Assembly: GCA_965219455.1 (NCBI GenBank)
Contig: OZ244744.1
Span: 896,001-960,000 of the forward strand
Reading direction: 5' to 3'
Length of the DNA stretch: 64,000 nt
From: Candidatus Latescibacterota bacterium
Lineage (GTDB): Bacteria; Latescibacterota; UBA2968; GCA-2709665
The translations under genes and the position numbers were made by a program. Each line of letters opens with the position of its first letter. Within the stretch, counting starts at the first letter, position 1. Below are positions 43,244 through 52,345 of this stretch, in pieces. The notes below the pieces were generated by a model, which saw only the letters and a list, made by a program, of their open reading frames with translations, was not told where the DNA came from and did not search any database.

Positions 43244-45400
43244 ATGGCGAAAGGTAGACGCAGAAAATCCGCGACGGCGAGGAAATCGGGCGACGGAAAC
43301 GACGCTTCGGATTTTAGATCTGAACTATGGGGGATGGCCGACGCGCTGCGCGGCAGCATGGACGCCGCCGAGTACAAGCACGTGGTTCTGGGCCTGATCT
43401 TCCTCAAGTACATTTCCGACGCGTTTGAGGAAGCCCACGCCAAACTGGTGGCGGAAGTTGCTCAAGGCGCGGACCCGGAAGATCCGGACGAGTACCGCGC
43501 CCAGAACATCTTTTGGGTACCCACCGAGGCGAGATGGCCGAAGTTGCAATCGCAAGCGCGCCAACCCACTATAGGACGGACGATGGACGATGCAATGATC
43601 GCCATTGAGCGGGACAACCCCGCGCTCAAGGACGTCCTCCCCAAAATCTACGCCCGCCAGGAGTTGGACAAGACGCGTTTGGGACAGGTCGTGGACCTGG
43701 TGAGCAACATCAAGGTAGGCGGCGCCGAGGCGCGCGCCACGGACGTGCTGGGCAGTGTCTACGAGTATTTTCTGGAACAGTTCGCACTTGCCGAGGGCCG
43801 CAAGGGCGGTGAGTTCTATACCCCGCGTTCCGTGGTCCGTATACTTGTAGAGATGCTGGAGCCTTATGAGGGGAGGGTTTACGACCCCTGCTGCGGCTCA
43901 TCGGGAATGTTCGTGCAGTCAATGGCGTTCATTGATGCACATACCAGCGGTATGCCCTCACCCGGCGCTTCGCGCCACCCTCTCCCAAAGGGAGAGGGTC
44001 TGACTGGCCGGGGAAGCGCAAGGGAGAAAATCTCCATATACGGCCAGGAGTCCAACTACACCACCTGGCGGATGGCGAGGATGAACCTGGCGATCCGTGG
44101 CATCGAAGGTCAGATCGCCCACGGGGACAGTTTCCACAACGACAGGCACCCCGACCTGAAGGCCGACTACATTCTTGCCAATCCTCCCTTCAACGTCTCC
44201 GACTGGGGCGGCGATCGTTTACGTGACGACAAACGATGGGAGTTCGGCGCACCTCCGGCGGGCAACGCCAACTTCGCCTGGGTGCAGCACTTCCTGCACC
44301 ACCTTTCGCCGCGCGGCACGGCGGGCTTCGTCCTGGCCAACGGCTCGATGTCGTCGAACCAGTCGAACGAAGGCGAAATTCGAAAGAATATCATTGAGGC
44401 CAACCTCGTGGACTGCATTGTCGCGTTGCCAGGACAGTTGTTCCGGTCCACGCAGATACCTGCGTGTCTGTGGTTCCTGAAAAGGGCACCCTCACCCGGC
44501 GCTTCGCGCCACCCTCTCCCAGAGGGAGAGGGTCGTTTTGTGGCGGAGGGGACCGGCAGTGGCAGCCAGAAAGAAGCACCGCGCCACTCCGCCACAGGGG
44601 GAGAGGGTCATTACAGAGGTGGGCCGGAGTTTTTCGGGCTGCTGGAACGGGCGAGAGAGATGAGAATGAAGGCGACTCCTGCGGAAGCTTTCGCATGGGA
44701 GTTGCTCCGGGACCGGCAATTCCTTGGTCTCAAATTCCGGCGCCAACATCAGATCGGCAACTATATAGCTGACTATTACTGCCACGAGAAGCGGTTGGTC
44801 GTGGAATTGGACGGACCGGTCCACGATTCGGATGAGCAACGCACGTCCGATAAGAACCGCGACGGTTATCTGGAATCTTTGGGAATGACCGTCGTCCGAA
44901 TTAAAAACCAACACTTGCTGCAGCACACCCAGGAAGCCCTGAACGAAATCGCAGACGCCCTGAACCCCTCTCCCGCCGGGAGAGGGGCAGGGGTGAGGGT
45001 TCGCGAGGGCGAGACCCTGTTCATCGACGCAAGGAAGTTAGGTTACATGATCGACCGCACGCGACGGGACCTCTCGCCAGAGGACATCGCTCGGGTTGCG
45101 GACACCTACCATGCATGGCGCGGCGGCGAGGGTCAGGGTGAGGGCTATGCCGACGTTCCCGGCTTCTGCAAAAGCGCGTCATTGGAAGAGATCCGTAAAC
45201 ACGGGCACGTCCTCACGCCCGGCCGCTACGTCGGCGCGGAACCTCAGGAGGACGATGGGGAGCCCTTCGAGGACAAGATGGCTCGCCTCACCGCCTCACG
45301 GCCCAATGGCGGGAACAACAGGCCGAGGCGCGACGGCTGGACGCGGCGATTGAGGCAAACCTGGCAAGACTGGGATTTGGAACGGGGGAATAGAACGTGA
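43244..45400 (+). CDS. hsdM: Type I restriction-modification methyltransferase HsdM, with in-frame DUF559 insert and frameshifted C-terminus
   Basis: [27 protein letters not shown]; DUF559 insert 44488-45000; 8-bp duplication 45284-45299. Confidence 0.92.
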   Translation: MAKGRRRKSATARKSGDGNDASDFRSELWGMADALRGSMDAAEYKHVVLGLIFLKYISDAFEEAHAKLVAEVAQGADPEDPDEYRAQNIFWVPTEARWPKLQSQARQPTIGRTMDDAMIAIERDNPALKDVLPKIYARQELDKTRLGQVVDLVSNIKVGGAEARATDVLGSVYEYFLEQFALAEGRKGGEFYTPRSVVRILVEMLEPYEGRVYDPCCGSSGMFVQSMAFIDAHTSGMPSPGASRHPLPKGEGLTGRGSAREKISIYGQESNYTTWRMARMNLAIRGIEGQIAHGDSFHNDRHPDLKADYILANPPFNVSDWGGDRLRDDKRWEFGAPPAGNANFAWVQHFLHHLSPRGTAGFVLANGSMSSNQSNEGEIRKNIIEANLVDCIVALPGQLFRSTQIPACLWFLKRAPSPGASRHPLPEGEGRFVAEGTGSGSQKEAPRHSATGGEGHYRGGPEFFGLLERAREMRMKATPAEAFAWELLRDRQFLGLKFRRQHQIGNYIADYYCHEKRLVVELDGPVHDSDEQRTSDKNRDGYLESLGMTVVRIKNQHLLQHTQEALNEIADALNPSPAGRGAGVRVREGETLFIDARKLGYMIDRTRRDLSPEDIARVADTYHAWRGGEGQGEGYADVPGFCKSASLEEIRKHGHVLTPGRYVGAEPQEDDGEPFEDKMARLTASRPNGGNNRPRRDGWTRRLRQTWQDWDLERGNRT
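44488..45000 (+). mobile_element. Palindrome-flanked DUF559 (Vsr-like) endonuclease element inserted in frame in hsdM
   Basis: Ends ACCCTCACCC / GGGTGAGGGT; 513 bp = 171 codons; encodes AREMR..T.AE...W..LR.R...[17 protein letters not shown]...VELDGPVH...D..RD. Confidence 0.8.
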
Positions 45401-45819
45401 CGATCAACACGGATTTTCTTACGCGCTGTATCAATACCCTGGAGTCGGCCTTCGAGCAACTGCAGCAGCACGATCCGTCCGACACGTTCTACGACATCTT
45501 CCGGGCGGCTTCCGTCAAAGAGTTCGAAATTGTGCTGGAACAGTCCGCCAGCCTGTTGAAAAAGCGACTAAGGCCCTACTTCGCCAGCAACCGACAGGCG
45601 GACAGGCTAACGTTCAAAAACGCCTTCCGACACGCCGCCAAACATGACCTCATTTCGGTGGAAGCCTGCGAGCACTGGTTCGACTACCGGGATAACAGAA
45701 ACGACACGGCACATGACTATGGTGAGAAGTTTGCCGAAACAACGCTCAAATTGCTTCCCGAATTTATCGTCCATGCCAGAAATCTGGCAAGAATCATTGC
45801 AGAGGGCGCCGATGACTGA
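45397..45819 (+). CDS. HEPN-domain protein (nucleotidyltransferase substrate-binding, HI0074 family)
   Basis: [17 protein letters not shown] (R-x4-H HEPN motif); MNT partner downstream. Confidence 0.85.
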   Translation: MTINTDFLTRCINTLESAFEQLQQHDPSDTFYDIFRAASVKEFEIVLEQSASLLKKRLRPYFASNRQADRLTFKNAFRHAAKHDLISVEACEHWFDYRDNRNDTAHDYGEKFAETTLKLLPEFIVHARNLARIIAEGADD

Positions 45820-45877
45820 CAGATTGCATCTGCCGTAGCGATACAGACGCATCCTGGAGGGCGGAGGAAATCAATCC

Positions 45878-46027
45878 ATGAGATTCACTGTCGTGATCGA
45901 AAGGACCCACAACAACTACGCGGCCTACGTGCCCGACCTGCTCGGCTGCATCGCCACCGCCAAGACCCGGGAAGCACACCCTCACCCGGCGCTTCGCGCC
46001 ACCCTCTCCCAGGGGGAGAGGGTCTGA
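45878..46027 (+). pseudogene. Truncated HicB-family antitoxin
   Basis: MRFTVVIERTHNNYAAYVPDLLGCIATAKTREA, then runs into the palindromic element at 45978. Confidence 0.75.
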
Positions 46028-46231
46028 CTGCAGGACAGACGAACCCAAGCGATGTGCAGCACCAAACTGCGGGCCACACTCTCCCAGAGGGAGAGTCTCG
46101 CTGCGGGACAGACGAACCCAAGCGATACGCAGCACCAAACTGCAGGCCACACTCTCCCAGAGGGAGAGTCTGGCTGCGGGACAGACGAACCCAAGCGATA
46201 TGCAGCAAGAAGCTTCGCGCCGGGTGAGGGT
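45978..46231. repeat. Expanded palindromic element with ~73-75 bp tandem repeats
   Basis: 15-bp TIR ACCCTCACCCGGCGC / GCGCCGGGTGAGGGT; units start 46004, 46079, 46152. Confidence 0.85.
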
Positions 46232-46346
46232 GTGCGGTCGGACGACAGGGAGTTGACAAAAATCACAGCGAAGGGCGCCGATGACTGACAGATTGCATCT
46301 GCCGCAGCGATATAGGCGCAACCTTCAGGGCTGAGGAAATCAACCC

Positions 46347-46622
46347 ATGAAATACACCGTCGTGATCGAGCGGACCCCGAACAACCACGCGGCCTATGTG
46401 CCCGACCTGCCCGGCTGCGTCGCCACTGCGAACACCGGCGAAGCGCTGCTGGAAGAGATTCGGGAGGCCATCGAGTTCCATATCGAAGGAATGAGGGAAG
46501 ATGGCGAGCCCGTGCCGGAGCCCAGAGCTACCACCCTCACCCGGCGCTTCGCGCCGGGTGAGGGTGTGCGGACGGACGCCAAGGAGTTGACAATTATCAT
46601 GGCAGAGGGCGCCGATGACTGA
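46347..46622 (+). CDS. HicB-family antitoxin with chimeric C-terminal extension
   Basis: YTVVIE..NHAAYVPDLPGCVAT...IREAIEFHIEGM..DGEPVPEP; the tail is encoded by a 33-bp palindrome plus the HEPN-tail repeat. Confidence 0.8.
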   Translation: MKYTVVIERTPNNHAAYVPDLPGCVATANTGEALLEEIREAIEFHIEGMREDGEPVPEPRATTLTRRFAPGEGVRTDAKELTIIMAEGADD

Positions 46623-48300
46623 CAGATTGCATCTGCCGCAACGATACAGGCGCATCCTTGAGGCGCTTCTGCGTGAACATGTGCCCGACGCCGAGGTGTG
46701 GGCCTACGGCAGCCGCATCACCGGGGAAAGTCACGAAGGAAGCGACCTGGATCTGGTGGCGAGAGGTCCCGAGCTGAAGCCATTGGGCGACGGCTTCTTC
46801 GAACTCCTGGAGGCCATTGAGAGTTCGAACATCCCGATCCTCGTACAGGCGCACGATTGGGCGAGGCTGCCGGAGAGTTTTCACGCGGAAATTGAGCGAG
46901 ACTATGTGGTTGTGCAAGCAGGAGCGAAGATGACGGACATGGGCGTGTTCGAGGATTGGCGCGAGGTGCGGCTAGGTGAATGCTCCGTCATTAACGATTC
47001 AACATACTCGCCAAAGGAAGCATGGCCGGTTATCAATTACTTGGACACCGGCAATATTTCGGAGAATCGCGTTTCTGACATTCAGAAGCTTACGGTTGGT
47101 AGAGACAAAATACCCAGCCGCGCACGGCGGAAGGTGCAGCCCGGGGACGTTGTTTATTCTACGGTACGACCAAATCAGCGGCACTATGGGCTGTTAAAAA
47201 CTGTCCCCGAGAACTTCCTCGCTTCGACCGGGTTTGCAGTTTTGAGAGGGAAGGAAGGCATTGCTGATACCGGCTTCCTTTATTGTTTCCTGACACAAAA
47301 ACAGATCGTGGATTATCTTCATTCGATAGCGGAAAACAGCACGTCGGCCTATCCGTCCATTAGACCGGGCGATTTAGAACAACTGACCCTGAGGCTACCG
47401 GCCCTGTCAGAACAACGCTCCATCGCCCATGTGCTGGGCAGGCTCGACGACAAGATTGAGTTGAACCGGCGGATGAACGAGACGCTGGAGGAGATGGCGC
47501 GGGCGCTGTTCAAGTCGTGGTTTGTGGATTTCGACCCCGTCCGCGCCAAGGCAGCGCTCAGGACTCTGCCCGCGGACGGAAGTGATTGGACCATTGAACG
47601 AGCGCGGGCGTATCTGGACAGCATGGACAAAGACATCGTCGACCTCTTCCCCGACCGGCTCGTCGACTGGGAACTTGGCAAGATACCGGAGGGGTGGGAG
47701 GTGAAGGCCTTTTCGGATTGCGTCGAAGTTGCGAGAGGCTTGTCTTACAAGGGGTCTGGGTTATCTACTGATGGTATACCGATGCACAACCTAAACTCAG
47801 TTAATGAGGGTGGCGGCTATAAGTACGAAGGAATAAAGTACTACAGAGGCGACTACCAGCAACGTCACGTAGCCCTGCCAGGAGACGTGTTAGTCGCCAA
47901 CACCGAGCAAGGTCACGACAGATTGTTAATCGGTTTCGCAGCAATTATACCCGTAGGATTTGGCGAGCGAAGCCTGTTTAGTCACCACTTATACCGAGTA
48001 CGTCCCAAACGTGGTTCCAGGATTTCGCCCGAATTCTTTTGCCAGCTTGTCAATACACAAGAAATGCAGAACATTGTCAGTGGATACGCTACCGGCACGA
48101 CAGTAAACATGCTGCCACTCGACGCGCTAAGAATTCCCAATACCGTCATACCCCCGACGAGTCTTGTGAATGCGTTTAGTGCATTCGCGCAAATTGCTCG
48201 TTCCAGACAGAAAAAATGTATCGATGAATCCCGCGCGCTTGCCGCCCAGCGGGATGAACTGCTGCCGAAGCTTGTAACCGGTACGGTGCGGATTGGTTGA
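46615..48300 (+). CDS. hsdS: Minimal nucleotidyltransferase (MNT) fused to type I specificity subunit HsdS
   Basis: YGSR..G....SDLDL MNT motif in first ~105 aa; EQRSIA..L..LDDKIELN, LFKSWFVDF, IPEGW, RDELLPKL HsdS conserved regions. Confidence 0.9.
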   Translation: MTDRLHLPQRYRRILEALLREHVPDAEVWAYGSRITGESHEGSDLDLVARGPELKPLGDGFFELLEAIESSNIPILVQAHDWARLPESFHAEIERDYVVVQAGAKMTDMGVFEDWREVRLGECSVINDSTYSPKEAWPVINYLDTGNISENRVSDIQKLTVGRDKIPSRARRKVQPGDVVYSTVRPNQRHYGLLKTVPENFLASTGFAVLRGKEGIADTGFLYCFLTQKQIVDYLHSIAENSTSAYPSIRPGDLEQLTLRLPALSEQRSIAHVLGRLDDKIELNRRMNETLEEMARALFKSWFVDFDPVRAKAALRTLPADGSDWTIERARAYLDSMDKDIVDLFPDRLVDWELGKIPEGWEVKAFSDCVEVARGLSYKGSGLSTDGIPMHNLNSVNEGGGYKYEGIKYYRGDYQQRHVALPGDVLVANTEQGHDRLLIGFAAIIPVGFGERSLFSHHLYRVRPKRGSRISPEFFCQLVNTQEMQNIVSGYATGTTVNMLPLDALRIPNTVIPPTSLVNAFSAFAQIARSRQKKCIDESRALAAQRDELLPKLVTGTVRIG

Positions 48301-48457
48301 TCCAAGGAAACCATTGTCGACGGTTGGCCATTGCGTACCGGGCTACTTTCTGACCGAGGCGTCGTATCAGGTGGCATTTTCAAACTCTTGGTCGATCCGG
48401 GAATCCATTTAGACAGGCCGATCCATTTCTTCCCAAGCGCTCGGATAAACAGACTAT

Positions 48458-50731
48458 ATGAAACGAAGACGTAAAACGAAGCGAAAACGCAAAACGAAAT
48501 ACAGTACTCCGCCCGGCGATGGTTTCGGATTCTGGCAATACTCATTTTCTCATCTCGATCAAGACGAGATGAAGGCAGCTGTGCGTTCAAAGGCTCGTGA
48601 ATGCGAGGAAAAGTTTCCAGATCTTGTCGATTCACTGGTTGGCCATTTTCGGGACCGTTGGCCCCCACAGATCATTGCGACTCTCGCAAACTATGGATTA
48701 CAGCGCCCGGTCACAGACGTGGGCGTATCGGAACAAAGCTTAATCGGTATACAACAACATCATATCGAGCTATTGCAGGCGTTAATGCTTACACTGTCTC
48801 CGAGAAATTGGGGCCGAAATCCCGTAACACCGGATGTCATTCAAGCCGTTATCGACGAAATAGTTGAATTGGCAGATGCATACCAGATTATGCGTTTGTC
48901 CAGATTGGAAAAGGAACGTGATCAACAACAACAGGCGGTTCTGTCCCTTCAAGGACGTTTAAGGGCAAATACACAATGTGTTCGAAATTGGGGCTATCGG
49001 ACTGCTATGGTCGACGTCTCGACCGAGCTCTACGGTCCACTGGACTCGGGATTGCACAGCTACTACGGATTTAGCGCAACGGATTTGATTGAAGTAATTA
49101 ACGCAATCATGACCATTATTGAGGAACGCGCAAACAATAGGTGGACAACCATGAAAGGGGTATTCCGATCCCGCAATGTTCGTCAACTCGTCCACAGATA
49201 CTTCGCCCAATTTCCCGATGTCGATGGCGATCCGGAAGAGTTCCTTGGCAATTTGCCGAAGGATGTTAGCCTTAACGGTGTCAAATCTTTCTTGATGGCA
49301 CATGCCGATACAAAGCTATTTCAGTTGTTCCTCTTCGATTGTGACTCTATTGCGGAAGTTTCAGGCCGATCGATTGAAGTTGTCAGGCGGGTTCTTGATA
49401 TAATATCTATGCGCCCCGGCGATCTGGGTGAGGAAAGTGTCAATGATTTTTTCCTTGACAATCCAATTTGGACGAAGCCTGGAATAATCTTCAATACGAA
49501 ATGCATGTTCCCAATGCCTCAGGCAATACTCAGCCACATTCATGCCATTATGCGCAGGTTGGCCAAGCAGGCCAATCTGAACGACAAGCTTCACCAGCAG
49601 CGTGCTACTTTTCTTGAGAACAAAATAGGCGCGACCATTCAGCGCATTTTTCCCACCGAGAATTTCTCCCTTAATGCCAAATGGAATTATGAAGGAACCA
49701 GATACGAGACGGACTTAGTTGGCCAAGTTGATCGAGTCGTCTTGATCGTCGAAGCGAAATCGGGAGCACTAACCGTCCAAGGTCTTCGAGGTGCGCCGGG
49801 CCGTGTTAAGCGTCATGTCCACGACCTTGTTGTGGGGCCAGCAGAGCAGTCTGCGCGGCTGGAGCAGTTGATCTCGCAAGCGAAATCAGGAAAGACCGCC
49901 GCAATTGAAACTATCTCCTCGTTGGGCTTGGAACCAGACAAAGTAGACACGGTCATAAGAATCTCGGTGACGCTTGACGATTTCTCTATGATGGCGATCG
50001 CTGAACGGGAACTGAAAGCAGCGGGATGGGTTCCGCCTGAACTGCGGTTGGCCCCGACCCTGAACATTACGGATCTAGTTTGCGTCGCCGAGATTCTCAG
50101 CGAGCCAGTTTACTTTCTGCACTATTTCGCCGAACGTGGCCGCATCCAGAATGTTATCGAACTAATCAGCGATGAAATGGACTTGCTCGGCTTTTACTTG
50201 GAGACTGGATTCAATGTCGACGAGCGAAAACTTGAAGGGAGCCCGCTTGTTACAACTGGATTGTCGCAACGTGTGGATCATTTTTACAACAGTGCTGATG
50301 CAGGCGTGGAGGTAAAAAAACCACGGCCGAAGATTCATCGCACATTGGAGAGAATCGTCCTCCAGATCCAGAGCAGGCATAGAGAGGGTTGGACTACCAA
50401 GGCACTCGATCTGTTGCGTATCGGCAATCTTGAGGAGCAAAGAGCGGTTTATCGGAAGATTGAGAAACTACGTAAACGAGTACCCAGGACGTTTCGTGAC
50501 CCTAAACACATCTGTTCGCTAGTCGTACTTCCTCCTGCTCACCGCGATGGGTTCGTATTATTCTACGTATATCCGGACGCGATCGCCGAAAGACGTTACG
50601 AGGTTGTCGAGCAATTGGCTGAAGCACAATTCGCTGTTCAGGATCATTCTCGATGCGTCGTGGTGGGCAAAAAGATCGAAGATTGGGATAATCCTTACAC
50701 GTTTGTAGCTGTTTGCAAGAGGCCTGTTTAA
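48458..50731 (+). CDS. Uncharacterised 757-aa protein with central PD-(D/E)XK / NERD-like nuclease motif
   Basis: LE...YETDLVGQVDRVVLIVEAKS; AT-richer than core genes; inside the R-M locus. Confidence 0.6.
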   Translation: MKRRRKTKRKRKTKYSTPPGDGFGFWQYSFSHLDQDEMKAAVRSKARECEEKFPDLVDSLVGHFRDRWPPQIIATLANYGLQRPVTDVGVSEQSLIGIQQHHIELLQALMLTLSPRNWGRNPVTPDVIQAVIDEIVELADAYQIMRLSRLEKERDQQQQAVLSLQGRLRANTQCVRNWGYRTAMVDVSTELYGPLDSGLHSYYGFSATDLIEVINAIMTIIEERANNRWTTMKGVFRSRNVRQLVHRYFAQFPDVDGDPEEFLGNLPKDVSLNGVKSFLMAHADTKLFQLFLFDCDSIAEVSGRSIEVVRRVLDIISMRPGDLGEESVNDFFLDNPIWTKPGIIFNTKCMFPMPQAILSHIHAIMRRLAKQANLNDKLHQQRATFLENKIGATIQRIFPTENFSLNAKWNYEGTRYETDLVGQVDRVVLIVEAKSGALTVQGLRGAPGRVKRHVHDLVVGPAEQSARLEQLISQAKSGKTAAIETISSLGLEPDKVDTVIRISVTLDDFSMMAIAERELKAAGWVPPELRLAPTLNITDLVCVAEILSEPVYFLHYFAERGRIQNVIELISDEMDLLGFYLETGFNVDERKLEGSPLVTTGLSQRVDHFYNSADAGVEVKKPRPKIHRTLERIVLQIQSRHREGWTTKALDLLRIGNLEEQRAVYRKIEKLRKRVPRTFRDPKHICSLVVLPPAHRDGFVLFYVYPDAIAERRYEVVEQLAEAQFAVQDHSRCVVVGKKIEDWDNPYTFVAVCKRPV

Positions 50732-50841
50732 TGCAGAAAGAGCGGCGGCTTCGGGTTGGAGAAATGTAGAGGGCGACGGAGCGCCCAACGACGAAGGGTC
50801 CATCCGTAGAGATGTCCAAGCAGAATGGGAACATGTAAACA

Positions 50842-51831
50842 ATGAACTTCAAATCTGATCTAATAGCCATCGCCAAGGGCTACTTTTCGACGGAAGGTAT
50901 CTCTTTTGAAGATTCGGGAGATGCGAGCGACTTCGCAGCCCGCTACTTTGAGATGCGAATAAGGAGGATTGATCCAGGACCGCGCGGCGTTCACTTCTCC
51001 TGCGAACTACACCGTTCGTTGGGTGAACTCGCTCGTGAAACGGATAGCGAAAAACGCGACAAGGCAATCGAGGCATGGCGCACGGTCTTCTATCTCCGTC
51101 ATCTTTTTGTTAAAGGAGGACGAGTTACACCGCACCTGAGCAAAAAGGTCAAAAAGACAGGTCGCAGGGACGGCCTTTTGTGGGATTATGGCATGCACCA
51201 TTTTCACCTTTGTAGAAAACTCGACGAATCGGGATTTATCGAAAGATCAGATTACCTGCTTTTTGCTATTGTCGCCGATACCGATGTGTTTTTCGTGGAT
51301 GTAAGGAAGCATAAAGATCGTGAGAAGCTTCAATGGGTACGCCAAAGTCTTGTAGGAATCGTGTATGGGAACTGGCCTGCATTGACCAACTCACGTGTGC
51401 TCCACGGTGTGAGTGCGAATACATTGACGGACGAAGAAATACAAGAGCTAAGAACAAAGAACATTAATCACGTTTCGAACCTTGGTGGGCAGGCCGTTGC
51501 GCCGCTCGGTTGGGGAACGAACTCTGGGGGCGGTAGTACATACCGCAGAGTGTGGGGCGATAAACTCGTGAACGAAATTGAACTCCACGAACAATACTTC
51601 TATCGCCAGCCTAACGAGCTACAGGAAAAGCTGAAGGCCACCGGTGTCGACATTTCCGGTGATATGGAGTTTGAATTGGTTGAATTGGATAGTCTGAACC
51701 TATGCGAGGAGGTCACGGAGAATCTCCAACGAGATGACTGTCTGAGTGCAGATCTATCGAAAATGGGTTTTGCAATCGTGGAAGCCACAACGCGGACACC
51801 GATCATCGTCACTGTCAAGAATGAGCCATGA
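50842..51831 (+). CDS. Uncharacterised 329-aa protein with a possible YafO/RelE-like ribonuclease motif
   Basis: LLWDYGMHHFHL...ERSDYLLFAIV....FFVDVRKH; resemblance judged by eye only. Confidence 0.5.
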   Translation: MNFKSDLIAIAKGYFSTEGISFEDSGDASDFAARYFEMRIRRIDPGPRGVHFSCELHRSLGELARETDSEKRDKAIEAWRTVFYLRHLFVKGGRVTPHLSKKVKKTGRRDGLLWDYGMHHFHLCRKLDESGFIERSDYLLFAIVADTDVFFVDVRKHKDREKLQWVRQSLVGIVYGNWPALTNSRVLHGVSANTLTDEEIQELRTKNINHVSNLGGQAVAPLGWGTNSGGGSTYRRVWGDKLVNEIELHEQYFYRQPNELQEKLKATGVDISGDMEFELVELDSLNLCEEVTENLQRDDCLSADLSKMGFAIVEATTRTPIIVTVKNEP

Positions 51832-51951
51832 CCATCGTCGGTGATGGCAATGGCAAGGAATCACTTGCTGAAACAACAAATCGATCCCGAAATTCACGGT
51901 GGTCGATCATCCCCATCTAACACAAAAACCGATTTCAGGAGGTGAAGAATT

Positions 51952-52341
51952 ATGGCAAGAAAACGGGTATTTATCAGCTTTGACTTTGATAATTATAACG
52001 ACCTTCGGGGCAATTTGATCGCCCAGGCCAAGAAGCCAGACTCTCCATTCAGCCTTACAGACTGCTCGGTGAAGGCGCCGATAGACGAGAAGTGGAAAAG
52101 GCAGGTTCGCAGCCGCATTTGTAGCGCCGACCTTATGATCGTCATCTGCGGAGAACACACGCACGATGCAGCCGGCGTAGCAGCCGAAGTCACTATAGCA
52201 CAAGAGGACGGCAAGCCATATTTCCTGCTGAAGGGACGCAGGGGAAAGACTTGTACAAAACCCAAAAACTCACTCAAAAACGACGAAATACACCAGTGGA
52301 CATGGGATAATCTGAAAAATCTGATCGCAGGTGCGAGATAG
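51952..52341 (+). CDS. Stand-alone TIR-domain protein (MTH538/ThsB-like)
   Basis: RVFISFDFD, IVICGEHT, GVAAEV with catalytic Glu, WTW..L; RBS AGGAGGT. Confidence 0.85.
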   Translation: MARKRVFISFDFDNYNDLRGNLIAQAKKPDSPFSLTDCSVKAPIDEKWKRQVRSRICSADLMIVICGEHTHDAAGVAAEVTIAQEDGKPYFLLKGRRGKTCTKPKNSLKNDEIHQWTWDNLKNLIAGAR

Positions 52342-52345
52342 CCCG

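Larger units (their letters stand above)
45799..46665 (+). repeat. Three diverged direct repeats of the HEPN-tail/MNT-head junction
   Basis: AGGGCGCCGATGACTGACAGATTGCATCTGCCG.A.CGATA.A..CGCA.CCT recurs, with ATG at 45812, 46281 and 46615. Confidence 0.88.

Noticed and set aside
44488-45000. Intein or group I/II intron in hsdM
   Set aside because: No Hint-domain splicing residues and no recognisable intron core or RT/LAGLIDADG ORF.
46004-46208. Possible CRISPR array (hairpin repeats at regular spacing)
   Set aside because: The intervening sequences are near-identical, so it is a ~73-75 bp tandem repeat. No cas genes are present.
46615-48300. hsdS shufflon / invertible TRDs
   Set aside because: Only one hsdS, with no silent TRD copies, inverted repeats or recombinase in the window.
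48309-51845. Weak ACCATYGTCG motif after hsdS (48310) and after the 329-aa gene (51831) resembling the RAYT REP-unit tail
   Set aside because: Too short and degenerate to distinguish from chance without a statistical test.
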